From assembly GCA_026016245.1 (NCBI GenBank), contig CP061211.1, positions 480,001 to 512,000 of the forward strand: a stretch of DNA of 32,000 nucleotides. Reading direction: 5' to 3'. Origin of the DNA: Candidatus Pacearchaeota archaeon (GTDB lineage Archaea; Nanobdellota; Nanobdellia; Pacearchaeales; UBA284). The translations under genes were made by a program, and so were the position numbers. This document shows, in pieces, positions 16,181-24,706 of the stretch. The notes beneath the pieces were generated by a model, which was not told where the DNA came from, did not search any database, and was given only the letters and a program-made list of their open reading frames with translations. Positions within the stretch are counted from its first letter, which is position 1; each line of letters starts with the position of its first letter.

Positions 16181-19100
16181 ATGCCAAAAATCATAACAGA
16201 ATCTGATGTTGAAGAAAATGTCTTAATCATACTTGAAAAGCTTGGATATGAAATAATTCGTGGAGATAATGAAGAATATCTGCCTAGGGGAGGCAAGGCT
16301 TTGAGAGATGATTATAAAGATGTTGTTCTTGTTGACAAACTGCGATATGCTCTTAGAAAGATTAATCCTTCTGTTCCTGAAGAAGCAAGAGAAATGGCTT
16401 TAAAGCAAATATTGAGAGGCGAGAACCAGAAGCTTATAGCTGATAATGAAAGCTTTCATAAGATGCTTGTTAATGGCATAAGTATCCCTATAAGAAAAGC
16501 TGGAGAAGAAAGGCATGTTATTGTAAAACTTTTTGATTTTGAAAATCCTGAAAACAATGAGTTTACAGCAGTTAATCAGTTTACTGTAGAAGAAAATAAT
16601 ATTGAAAGAAGACCTGATGTTGTTTTATTTGTTAATGGAATCCCTTTAGTTATTCTTGAGCTAAAAAATTTAGCAGATGAAAAAGCAGATATATGGATAG
16701 CTTATGATCAATTTCAAACATATAAGGAACAATTGCCTTATTTATTCAGGTTTAATGAATTTCTAATTATTAGCGATGGATTAGAAGCAAGAGCAGGAAC
16801 AATAACTTCTGAAAAAGAGAGATTTATGCAATGGAAAACAATAAATGGAGAAAAACCAAAAAAAGGATTAATTGAAATTGAAGTTTTACTTAAAGGAATG
16901 TGTGATAAATCAAGAATTTTGGATATTATCAGAAATTTTATTGTTTTTGAAAAAGATAAAGAAGTAAAAAAGAAACTTGCTGCTTATCATCAATATTGGG
17001 CTACAAACAAAGCAATAGAATCATCAATAAAAGCAAGAAAAGGCAACAAAAAAGCAGGGGTTGTTTGGCATACTCAAGGTTCTGGAAAAAGTTTAACAAT
17101 GGTTTTTTATTCGGGAAAATTAGTAGGAGAATTTGATAATCCAACAATAATAGTTTTAACAGATAGAAATGATTTAGATGACCAGTTATTTGGAACTTTT
17201 GCAAGATGCAAGGATGTTCTAAGACAAACTCCTATTCAAGCTAATTCAAGAAAAGAATTGCAAAAATTATTGAAAGTATCTTCAGGAGGAATTGTATTTA
17301 CAACAATTCAAAAATTCTTTCCAGATGAAAACAGAGAAAAATATCCTGTTTTATCAGAAAGAGACAATATTATAGTAATAGCAGATGAAGCTCACAGAAG
17401 CCAGTATGGTTTTTCTGCTAAAATACTAAACAAACAAGATAAGACATTAATCACTTATGGTTATGCTAAATATTTAAGAGATGCTTTGCCAAATGCATCT
17501 TTTATTGGCTTTACTGGAACTCCTATTGAAAAGGCAGACAGATCAACCCCTGCAGTATTTGGAAATTATGTTGATAAATATGATATAGAAAGAGCTGTTG
17601 AAGATGGAGCCACTGTAAGGATCTTTTATGAAAGCAGATTAGCAAAATTAGAACTTAAACCAGAAGAAAGGCCTAAAATAGACAAAGAATTTGAAGAAGC
17701 CACAGAAGGAGAAGAAGTTGAAGGCAAAGAAAAATTAAAAAGCAAATGGGCAAGATTAGAGAAAGTTGCAGGTTCTCCAAAAAGAATTAAAAAAATAGCA
17801 GAAGATATAATTGAACATTTTGAATCAAAAACTGAAGTTTTAGAAGGTAAAGGCATGATTGTTTGCATGTCTAGAAGGATTTGTGTTGATTTATACAATG
17901 AAATAATAAGATTAAGGCCTAGATGGCATAATAAAGACGATAATAAAGGATTTATAAAAGTAGTTATGACTGGTTCTGCCTCTGATCCAAAAGAATGGCA
18001 AGAGCATATAAGAAATAAAAATAGAAGAAAGCAAGTAGGAGATAATTTTAAAGATCCTAAACATGAGATTGGATTATTAATTGTTAGAGATATGTTTTTA
18101 ACAGGGTTTGATGCTCCTTCTCTCCATTCAATGTATCTAGACAAATCAATAAAAGGCCATACATTAATGCAAGCAATAGCAAGAGTAAATCGTGTTTATC
18201 CAGGAAAAGAAGGAGGATTAATTATTGATTATATGGGTGTTGGAGCAGAACTAAAAAAAGCATTAATAAATTACACTGAAAGTGGCGGAAAAGGAAAACC
18301 GACTTTTGACCAAGCTCAAGCAGTTAAGCTAATGATTGAAAAATATGAAGTTGTTAGAGATATGTTTCATGGATTTAATTATAAAAAATTCTTTGAACTC
18401 AAACCAAATAAGAGAATTTCTTTTATTCCAAATGCAATGGAGCATATACTAAAAGAAAGGGGCAAAAAAGAGAGATTTGAAAGAGAAGTAACTGCTCTCC
18501 TAAAAGCATTTTCTTTAGCTGTTCCTCATGACAAAGCTATTAATATAAAAGAAGATGTTGGACTTTTTCAAGCAATAAAATCTGCAATATTTAAAACAAC
18601 TGAAGTAACAAAAAGAAAAGAGGAAAAGTTTGATACTGCAATAAAGCAGATATTATCTAAAGCAGTGATCTCTGATAGAATTATTGATATTTTTGAAGCA
18701 GCAGGAATTCAAAAACCAGAATTATCTATTTTATCAGAAGGATTTTTAGCAGAAGTTAAAGAAATGCCACAGAAAAATTTGGCTTTTGAAGCCTTGAAAA
18801 AGTTATTGAATGATGAAATAAGAGTTATTTCTAAAAAGAATATGGTTCAAGGAAAATCTTTCATGGATTTACTAGATAAAACAATAAAAAGATATACTAA
18901 TAGAAGCATAGAAGCTGCCCAAGTAATAGAAGAATTAATTGAATTAGCAAGAAAAATAAGAGATGAAAAAGGCAGAGGAAAAGAACTTAAAATAAATGAT
19001 GATGAATTGGCATTTTATGATGCTCTTGGAGTTAATGACAGTGCAGTTAAAGTTTTGGGAGATGAAATATTAAGAAAAATTGCATTAGAGCTGACAAAAA

Positions 19101-19282
19101 TGATAAGAAATGGTGTTACAATAGATTGGACTCAAAGAGAAAGTGTTCAAGCAAAAATTCGTGTAAATGTAAGGAAAATTTTAAAAAAATATGATTATCC
19201 TCCGGATAAACAAAAGAAAGCAGTCGAGACAGTATTAAAACAAGCTGAATTAGTTGCTAAAAATTGGGCAGAAAAAGATTAA
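16181..19282 (+). CDS. hsdR: Type I restriction-modification system, restriction/helicase subunit R
   Basis: 1033 aa. N-terminal PD-(D/E)xK ([20 protein letters not shown]), Walker [15 protein letters not shown] box [14 protein letters not shown], motif [10 protein letters not shown]. Confidence 0.95.
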   Translation: MPKIITESDVEENVLIILEKLGYEIIRGDNEEYLPRGGKALRDDYKDVVLVDKLRYALRKINPSVPEEAREMALKQILRGENQKLIADNESFHKMLVNGISIPIRKAGEERHVIVKLFDFENPENNEFTAVNQFTVEENNIERRPDVVLFVNGIPLVILELKNLADEKADIWIAYDQFQTYKEQLPYLFRFNEFLIISDGLEARAGTITSEKERFMQWKTINGEKPKKGLIEIEVLLKGMCDKSRILDIIRNFIVFEKDKEVKKKLAAYHQYWATNKAIESSIKARKGNKKAGVVWHTQGSGKSLTMVFYSGKLVGEFDNPTIIVLTDRNDLDDQLFGTFARCKDVLRQTPIQANSRKELQKLLKVSSGGIVFTTIQKFFPDENREKYPVLSERDNIIVIADEAHRSQYGFSAKILNKQDKTLITYGYAKYLRDALPNASFIGFTGTPIEKADRSTPAVFGNYVDKYDIERAVEDGATVRIFYESRLAKLELKPEERPKIDKEFEEATEGEEVEGKEKLKSKWARLEKVAGSPKRIKKIAEDIIEHFESKTEVLEGKGMIVCMSRRICVDLYNEIIRLRPRWHNKDDNKGFIKVVMTGSASDPKEWQEHIRNKNRRKQVGDNFKDPKHEIGLLIVRDMFLTGFDAPSLHSMYLDKSIKGHTLMQAIARVNRVYPGKEGGLIIDYMGVGAELKKALINYTESGGKGKPTFDQAQAVKLMIEKYEVVRDMFHGFNYKKFFELKPNKRISFIPNAMEHILKERGKKERFEREVTALLKAFSLAVPHDKAINIKEDVGLFQAIKSAIFKTTEVTKRKEEKFDTAIKQILSKAVISDRIIDIFEAAGIQKPELSILSEGFLAEVKEMPQKNLAFEALKKLLNDEIRVISKKNMVQGKSFMDLLDKTIKRYTNRSIEAAQVIEELIELARKIRDEKGRGKELKINDDELAFYDALGVNDSAVKVLGDEILRKIALELTKMIRNGVTIDWTQRESVQAKIRVNVRKILKKYDYPPDKQKKAVETVLKQAELVAKNWAEKD

Positions 19283-19965
19283 ATTTTTTGCTCTTCTCTG
19301 AAACTATAATATTCTTTGTTACCCATTATAATATGATCAGTTAATTTTATCTTCAAAAGTTTTCCAGCTTCTCTTATTCTTTCAGTAACATTTATGTCTC
19401 CTTGCGATGGTGCAGAATCTCCAGAAGGATGATTATGAATAAGAATTATTTTAGCAGCGCTATTTTTTATTGCGGACCTAAAAATTTCTCTTGAATGCAC
19501 TAATGAAGCATCGAGTATGCCTTTTGTAATTAATTGCTCTCCAATAACATTATTCCTATTATTTAACATTAAAATATAAAAATTCTCTTGTTTTTCATCT
19601 TTTAATCTTTCATGAAATAAATTAAAAACATCTTCTGCACAAGTTATCTTCTTTATTGGTTTTTTAGATTGATTAATACGTTTTTGGAGTTCTGCTATTG
19701 TTAATATCTGCATTGCTTTGGATGGTCCAATTCCGTTGATTTTCTGTAATTCTGTTAAGGAACATTCCAGAAGCTTATCTAAACCATACTCATTAATTAA
19801 ACGATTGGACATCTCTATTACATTTTCTCCAACTTGTCCTTTTTTGCCACGCGTTCCAGTTCTCAAAAGTATTGCAAAAAGCTCAGCGTCGCTTAATGCT
19901 TCTGGCCCATGTTTTAGAAATCTTTCTCTTGGCTTAGAAGAATCTGGCAAGTCTCTTATTTTCAT
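19279..19965 (-). CDS. radC: RadC-like JAB/MPN domain protein
   Basis: 228 aa. N-terminal HhH region ([29 protein letters not shown]) and JAMM motif [17 protein letters not shown]. The 3' end overlaps the hsdR stop by 4 nt (convergent). Confidence 0.9.
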   Translation of the reverse strand: MKIRDLPDSSKPRERFLKHGPEALSDAELFAILLRTGTRGKKGQVGENVIEMSNRLINEYGLDKLLECSLTELQKINGIGPSKAMQILTIAELQKRINQSKKPIKKITCAEDVFNLFHERLKDEKQENFYILMLNNRNNVIGEQLITKGILDASLVHSREIFRSAIKNSAAKIILIHNHPSGDSAPSQGDINVTERIREAGKLLKIKLTDHIIMGNKEYYSFREEQKI

Positions 19966-20027
19966 AATGTTTAAATGATAAATATATTTTTAAAGATTAC
20001 AGTTGTAAAACTTGAGGAGAGTTTGAA

Positions 20028-20291
20028 ATGAAAAAGAAAGAAACTTTTGATGCGACAATAAATGAAAGAGAATTTAAGATAATACTATGGATAGGAGAAG
20101 ATGGAATGACTAAAGTATATAAAGAACAACCAAAGAACATAGACCCAAATATTCATGCCTCTGGAGCTCATTATTTCAAAGATAAGCCAGAAAAAAACCA
20201 TTGGGATCATTACCATTATGGGCAACACTTTAGGGAATATTTTAGTGGGGCAAATATCATAAATGTTAGTGGTGCTTCTATTATTATCTAG
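20028..20291 (+). CDS. hypothetical small His-rich protein
   Basis: 87 aa. Preceded by the conserved leader GAGGAGAGTTTGAAATG (20014-20030). Confidence 0.45.
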   Translation: MKKKETFDATINEREFKIILWIGEDGMTKVYKEQPKNIDPNIHASGAHYFKDKPEKNHWDHYHYGQHFREYFSGANIINVSGASIII

Positions 20292-20315
20292 AAAAAGTAA
20301 AGAGGAGAGTTTGAA

Positions 20316-20378
20316 ATGAATATAAAAAGTGGATTAAGAAAGAAGACAAAAAAAGATATTAAAGAATTAAGAGATTAA
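20316..20378 (+). CDS. possible 20-aa basic micro-ORF (MNIKSGLRKKTKKDIKELRD)
   Basis: It carries the same 17-nt leader (20302-20318) as 20028. Its stop lies 1 nt before ATG 20380. Too short to call with confidence. Confidence 0.25.
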   Translation: MNIKSGLRKKTKKDIKELRD

Positions 20379-20379
20379 A

Positions 20380-20619
20380 ATGGACGAACAGGAGATATTT
20401 AGTGCATGTGTTAGAAAATTACAAGAAGCTGGAAAGAGTATAGAAGAATCTGCTAATAGGTGTATAAGGTATATATCTAAAAATTCGGAGATTACAACTG
20501 CTAGATTTGGTAACATATCAGTTAAAACAACAAATAAAGGAAAAGGTTGGGTGGTAATTTTAGTCATATTGGCTTTAATTATAATTGCATTTCTTAAATT
20601 TGTCTTAAGAATTTTTTAG
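20380..20619 (+). CDS. hypothetical tail-anchored membrane protein
   Basis: 79 aa with a C-terminal hydrophobic helix WVVILVILALIIIAFLKFVL. Confidence 0.45.
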   Translation: MDEQEIFSACVRKLQEAGKSIEESANRCIRYISKNSEITTARFGNISVKTTNKGKGWVVILVILALIIIAFLKFVLRIF

Positions 20620-20656
20620 AAATAAAATAGTAAGGAAAGATTAAGCTGAGGAGAAA

Positions 20657-21148
20657 ATGAAAACACAACAAATAAAAGATGTAAAAAATAGAGAAGAAAT
20701 AATTATTGGATTTGATACTGGGGCAGTTCGTGGTACAGTAGATATCATGAGTGATGAAAATTTAGCAAAAGCAAATGTAAAGAGAGAAGACATACAGAAT
20801 ATAACTCCTTTTATTGGTGATTTAAATAAAAATCTTTATACAGAAGTTGGAATAGCTTCTAGCGAACATCCTTGTGCTGGAAGTACTGGAGTAAATATTT
20901 TAACAAATGATGGAAGAAAAGCAAGTATACAAAGAATTTTTTATAAGGATAAAACACAACATGATAAAACTACACACTGGAATCAAGAACAATGGATACA
21001 ACCAGTAGGAAGAGAAAGAGAACAGGACAACTCTTTTAAAGCAGATCCTAATCATAAAATTCCCATCTCTGAATCCTTAAAATTTTATATTATTGATGGT
21101 GATGGAAAGAAGAAAGAAAAAGAAGTCTTTAGTTCATCAAAAAAATAA
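20657..21148 (+). CDS. hypothetical protein
   Basis: 163 aa. GAGGAG lies 4 nt upstream of the ATG. No motif recognised. Confidence 0.5.
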   Translation: MKTQQIKDVKNREEIIIGFDTGAVRGTVDIMSDENLAKANVKREDIQNITPFIGDLNKNLYTEVGIASSEHPCAGSTGVNILTNDGRKASIQRIFYKDKTQHDKTTHWNQEQWIQPVGREREQDNSFKADPNHKIPISESLKFYIIDGDGKKKEKEVFSSSKK

Positions 21149-21170
21149 ACCAAAACCCTTAAATATTTCT
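21145..21170 (+). repeat. left copy of perfect 26-bp direct repeat ATAAACCAAAACCCTTAAATATTTCT
   Basis: Identical to 23694-23719. Overlaps the TAA stop of 20657..21148. Confidence 0.9.
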
Positions 21171-21208
21171 TATTCTTAGTTAGATAAAGGTTAAGAGGAA
21201 AGTTTGAA

Positions 21209-21721
21209 ATGGGTGAAATAATCAAATTTTTAAAAATAGGGCAGGACATACTTTTCCACACATTTAATTGGATAATCCCTTTATTAATTCCAGCTATAAT
21301 AGTTATTTTTCTTGGTTGGTATTTAAAATCTTATTTTATAATTATACCTATCTTAACCAGCCAGATTTATTTATATGATGTTATCCTTCTTAGCACAAAT
21401 ATTGGTTTACTCAAATCCTCAAGAAAGAAAAAAGATGAATTTAAAGAGAAAAATGTAGCGGTTTCTATGTGTTTATTGCCTTTAGGATTATTTTTCTTAA
21501 CTTTTTCTTTGATAATAAGTTTTTCCCTAAAGACATATGTTGGTAATTGGGATATTTTACTATTTATTTTAGCTTTGCCATTTACATATTCGTCTATTCT
21601 TTTATTAAGTAAAAACAAACTAGCTTCCTTTGTTGTTCAATCACCAACTGAGCTTTCTCAAAATAGAGCCAAAGTAAATAAAGAATTGTCTTACAAAATT
21701 TTAAGGGGGGATAAAAAATGA
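21209..21721 (+). CDS. polytopic membrane protein (about 4 TM), first gene of the DGQHR cassette
   Basis: 170 aa. Several hydrophobic helices. Leader GAGGAAAGTTTGAAATG. The stop overlaps the next ATG (ATGA 21718-21721). Confidence 0.55.
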   Translation: MGEIIKFLKIGQDILFHTFNWIIPLLIPAIIVIFLGWYLKSYFIIIPILTSQIYLYDVILLSTNIGLLKSSRKKKDEFKEKNVAVSMCLLPLGLFFLTFSLIISFSLKTYVGNWDILLFILALPFTYSSILLLSKNKLASFVVQSPTELSQNRAKVNKELSYKILRGDKK

Positions 21722-22818
21722 GTAAAGAATATATAATTATAAAGAAATTAATAAAGATAAAACAACCTATGGGGGATTTCCTAGTTGGAGTCATGAAGGC
21801 CAAAGACTTACTTAAAATTACTAAAGCGAACCCCCGTCATTATAATGAAGAATTGGATACTTATGCGGGAATACAAAGAGAAATAAATGATAAAAAAATA
21901 AAACAATTAAAAAAATTTATCATGACAAGTGATGCCACTTTTCCAAACACAATAATTGGGGCATTAAAACCAGATAAATTTGATTTTGATGGAAAAAAAA
22001 GTACTCTTAAAATAGAAAAAAATCCAGAATCATTTGCTGTAATTGATGGCCAACATAGGTTAGCTTCTTTTAAAAATGAATCTTTAATTAGTAATGATTT
22101 TGATTTAATTGTATCTTTTTTCTTAGGCTTAGATCTAGAAGAACAGGCATATCTTTTTTCTATAATAAATATGACTCAGAAAAAATTAAATCCTTCGTTA
22201 GTTCAAGATTTAACAGAGCTTTTTACTATTATCACTCCTGAAAAACTTGCGCATAATTTAGCAACAGTTTTCAATAATGAGAAAAAAAGTCCATGGTTTA
22301 AAAAAATAAAAATGTTGGGTAAAAATGTGGGTTCTTATAAAGGGGTTCTTTCCCAGTATACTTTTACTAAAGGGATAACGGAACTTATAGCAGATGTGGA
22401 GAGATATTACGAAATAAGAGATATTTTAAAAAATAATAAAAAAAGAAAAAGTCTTGAGTCTTTAAAAATGGACTCAGAAAAATATGTGCTTTGGAAACAT
22501 TATATAAATGAAGAAGATAATTTTATTTATAAATTATTAAATGTGTATTTTATAACAATAAAAAAAGTTTTCCAAAAAGAATGGGGAAATAAAAATTATA
22601 TTCTAACTAAAACCACGGGATATAACGCTTTTATGAGACTATTAAGGGATCTCCATAAAAAAGCAGAAAATCAAAAATGTGAGATGACAGAAGAATTTTT
22701 TGAGAAATACTTAAAAATAATCAAACGGAAAATTAAGCCATTAATCTCAAAATATTATAATCCGGGAAAACAAGGAGAAAATAGATTATATGAGGCTTTA
22801 AAAAAAGCACTTAAATAA
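21718..22818 (+). CDS. DGQHR-domain protein (DndB-like, ParB/Srx superfamily)
   Basis: 366 aa. Literal DGQHR motif in FAVIDGQHRLASF. Upstream are GIQREINDKKIKQLKKFI and FPNTIIGAL, matching the DndB/DGQHR domain layout. Confidence 0.75.
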   Translation: MSKEYIIIKKLIKIKQPMGDFLVGVMKAKDLLKITKANPRHYNEELDTYAGIQREINDKKIKQLKKFIMTSDATFPNTIIGALKPDKFDFDGKKSTLKIEKNPESFAVIDGQHRLASFKNESLISNDFDLIVSFFLGLDLEEQAYLFSIINMTQKKLNPSLVQDLTELFTIITPEKLAHNLATVFNNEKKSPWFKKIKMLGKNVGSYKGVLSQYTFTKGITELIADVERYYEIRDILKNNKKRKSLESLKMDSEKYVLWKHYINEEDNFIYKLLNVYFITIKKVFQKEWGNKNYILTKTTGYNAFMRLLRDLHKKAENQKCEMTEEFFEKYLKIIKRKIKPLISKYYNPGKQGENRLYEALKKALK

Positions 22819-22866
22819 TCTTAATTAGAAAATTTTTTATATTGTAAAAGCTTGTGATTATTACAA

Positions 22867-23691
22867 ATGATAATACCAACATTTTTAAAATGGGCTGGAG
22901 GAAAAAAGAGGCTAATAAAAGATATAGAGCGATCTCTCCCAAAAAAAATTGATAGATATTTTGAGCCTTTTCTTGGTGCTGGAGCAATTTTCTTTTATAT
23001 TAAACAAAAATATAATCCTAAATTTTGTGTGATTTCGGATATAAATAAAGACCTTATAGATACCTTTAAGGCAGTCATAGATAATCCAAAAGAATTAATT
23101 AAATTTTTAAAATATTTCAAAAAAAATAATTCAAAAGAATTTTATTATCGTGTCAGAGACAAATTTAATAAAGGAAAATTTAAACAAATACAAAAAAGTG
23201 CGGCTTTTATTTATCTAAATAAAACATGTTATAATGGATTATATAGAGTTAATTCTAAAGGAGGATTTAATGTTCCTTATGGTAAATATAAAAATCCTGA
23301 AATATTTAATGAAAAAACAATTATGTTTGCTAGCAGATTATTAAAAAATGTTAGAATAAAATGTCAAAACTATGAAAAAATTAAAGATTATATTAGAAAA
23401 AATGATTTTGTTTATTTAGATCCTTGTTATGATCCTTTAAAAAAGACAAGTTTTGCAAATTATACTCCTAAAAGATTTTGTGATGTGGATAATGAAAAGC
23501 TATCTCTTTTTGTTGCTGAATTAAAAAGAAGAAATTCAAAGGTTCTCTTAAGTAATAATATAACAAAAAATGTTAAGAGATTATATCCAAAAAACCAATT
23601 TAATATAATAAAGGTTTGGTGTTCTAGAAGTATTAATTGTATTGGGGAAAAAAGAGGTAAAATTCCAGAGCTTCTAATTAAAAATTATTAG
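22867..23691 (+). CDS. dam: Dam-family N6-adenine DNA methyltransferase with variant DPCY catalytic motif
   Basis: 274 aa. N-terminal FLKWAGGKKRL, AdoMet motif EPFLGAGAIF, catalytic tetrapeptide VYLDPCYDP (codons 23419-23430) in place of DPPY. Confidence 0.85.
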   Translation: MIIPTFLKWAGGKKRLIKDIERSLPKKIDRYFEPFLGAGAIFFYIKQKYNPKFCVISDINKDLIDTFKAVIDNPKELIKFLKYFKKNNSKEFYYRVRDKFNKGKFKQIQKSAAFIYLNKTCYNGLYRVNSKGGFNVPYGKYKNPEIFNEKTIMFASRLLKNVRIKCQNYEKIKDYIRKNDFVYLDPCYDPLKKTSFANYTPKRFCDVDNEKLSLFVAELKRRNSKVLLSNNITKNVKRLYPKNQFNIIKVWCSRSINCIGEKRGKIPELLIKNY

Positions 23692-23693
23692 TC

Positions 23694-23719
23694 ATAAACC
23701 AAAACCCTTAAATATTTCT
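23694..23719 (+). repeat. right copy of perfect 26-bp direct repeat
   Basis: Identical to 21145-21170. Starts 2 nt after the dam stop and overlaps the stop of the convergent gene 23718..24365 by 2 nt. Confidence 0.9.
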
Positions 23720-24365
23720 AAGATATTTTTTGTATCAGCTTTCTCCCTCCAGTCAATATTTTTATTTCTTGTAATCCTTCTTTTTTTAAAATTAAGTCTA
23801 CATAATGCGATCTTATATAAGAATGAAAAAGTTCTGATAGTAATATTTTCAAATCTTTACATACCACTCTATATAGTAAAGTCGCTATCCTTTTTCTTCT
23901 AAAAGGAGGAATGACAAATAAATCATATATTTTAAATTGAGGTTCTTTTTTTAAATAAATTCTTTTAACACAAATATACCCCACAATGAAATCATATTTA
24001 TTTACCACCATATAAACAAAATTATTTGGATTTATATGGTTCGGAGTCGGAATACTACAGAAATCTAATCCTTGTTCGATTTTAGAAAAAAAGGTTAGAT
24101 TACTTAACGCTTTTTTAAACTTATGTGGCGAATCCCACGTAATTTTGAAAATTCTAAATTGTTCTTTATTTGGCTTTGTTTTTCTTATTAATTTACAATA
24201 AAAAAATGGATTAATTGGTTCTTTTGTTGTATAATGTTCAATACATGCTCCAGGTCTTTTATATTCTTTATAACATGTAGGGCATAAATAAATTTTTGGA
24301 TTTCCTTCTCCAACTAAAAAGAAATTAATAAATTCATCTCCTACACAAAGAAAATATTCTGGCAT
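23718..24365 (-). CDS. Zn-finger + putative GNAT-like acetyltransferase
   Basis: 215 aa. N-terminal CPTCYKEYKRPGACIEHY (CxxC..CxxH). C-terminal LFVIPPFRRKRIATLLYRVV resembles GNAT motif A, but with the Gly positions substituted. Confidence 0.45.
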   Translation of the reverse strand: MPEYFLCVGDEFINFFLVGEGNPKIYLCPTCYKEYKRPGACIEHYTTKEPINPFFYCKLIRKTKPNKEQFRIFKITWDSPHKFKKALSNLTFFSKIEQGLDFCSIPTPNHINPNNFVYMVVNKYDFIVGYICVKRIYLKKEPQFKIYDLFVIPPFRRKRIATLLYRVVCKDLKILLSELFHSYIRSHYVDLILKKEGLQEIKILTGGRKLIQKIS

Positions 24366-24442
24366 CTTCTAATCCAGTTAGTTTAGTTTATTAACTTTTC
24401 TTAAACCAAAAAAGATAAATAGTTGTTAGTTTTTGTTGTGGT

Positions 24443-24706
24443 ATGGCTAAGAGGAAAAAGAAAAAAGTTTCATTTTGGACCACTAAAAAAGTAAAAAAAC
24501 CAGTAAAAGTTAAGTTTGTAGATAGAGAAGGCAATCTTGTTTCATTTACAGCTATGAAAGAAATAAAAAAACCCACAAAAGTTATTTTTTATAAATCAAA
24601 TGGTAAAAGAATAAGAAGAATAAAATGTCCTTATTGTTCTCATTCATTTTTTACTAAAAGAAAAATTGTTTATTATTGTCCTTATTGTGGAAAAAGGTTA
24701 AAATGA
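24443..24706 (+). CDS. Lys-rich small protein with C-terminal zinc ribbon
   Basis: 87 aa. KKPVKVKF / KKPTKVIF internal repeat. CPYC-17 residues-CPYC. The stop overlaps the next ATG (ATGA 24703-24706). Confidence 0.55.
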   Translation: MAKRKKKKVSFWTTKKVKKPVKVKFVDREGNLVSFTAMKEIKKPTKVIFYKSNGKRIRRIKCPYCSHSFFTKRKIVYYCPYCGKRLK

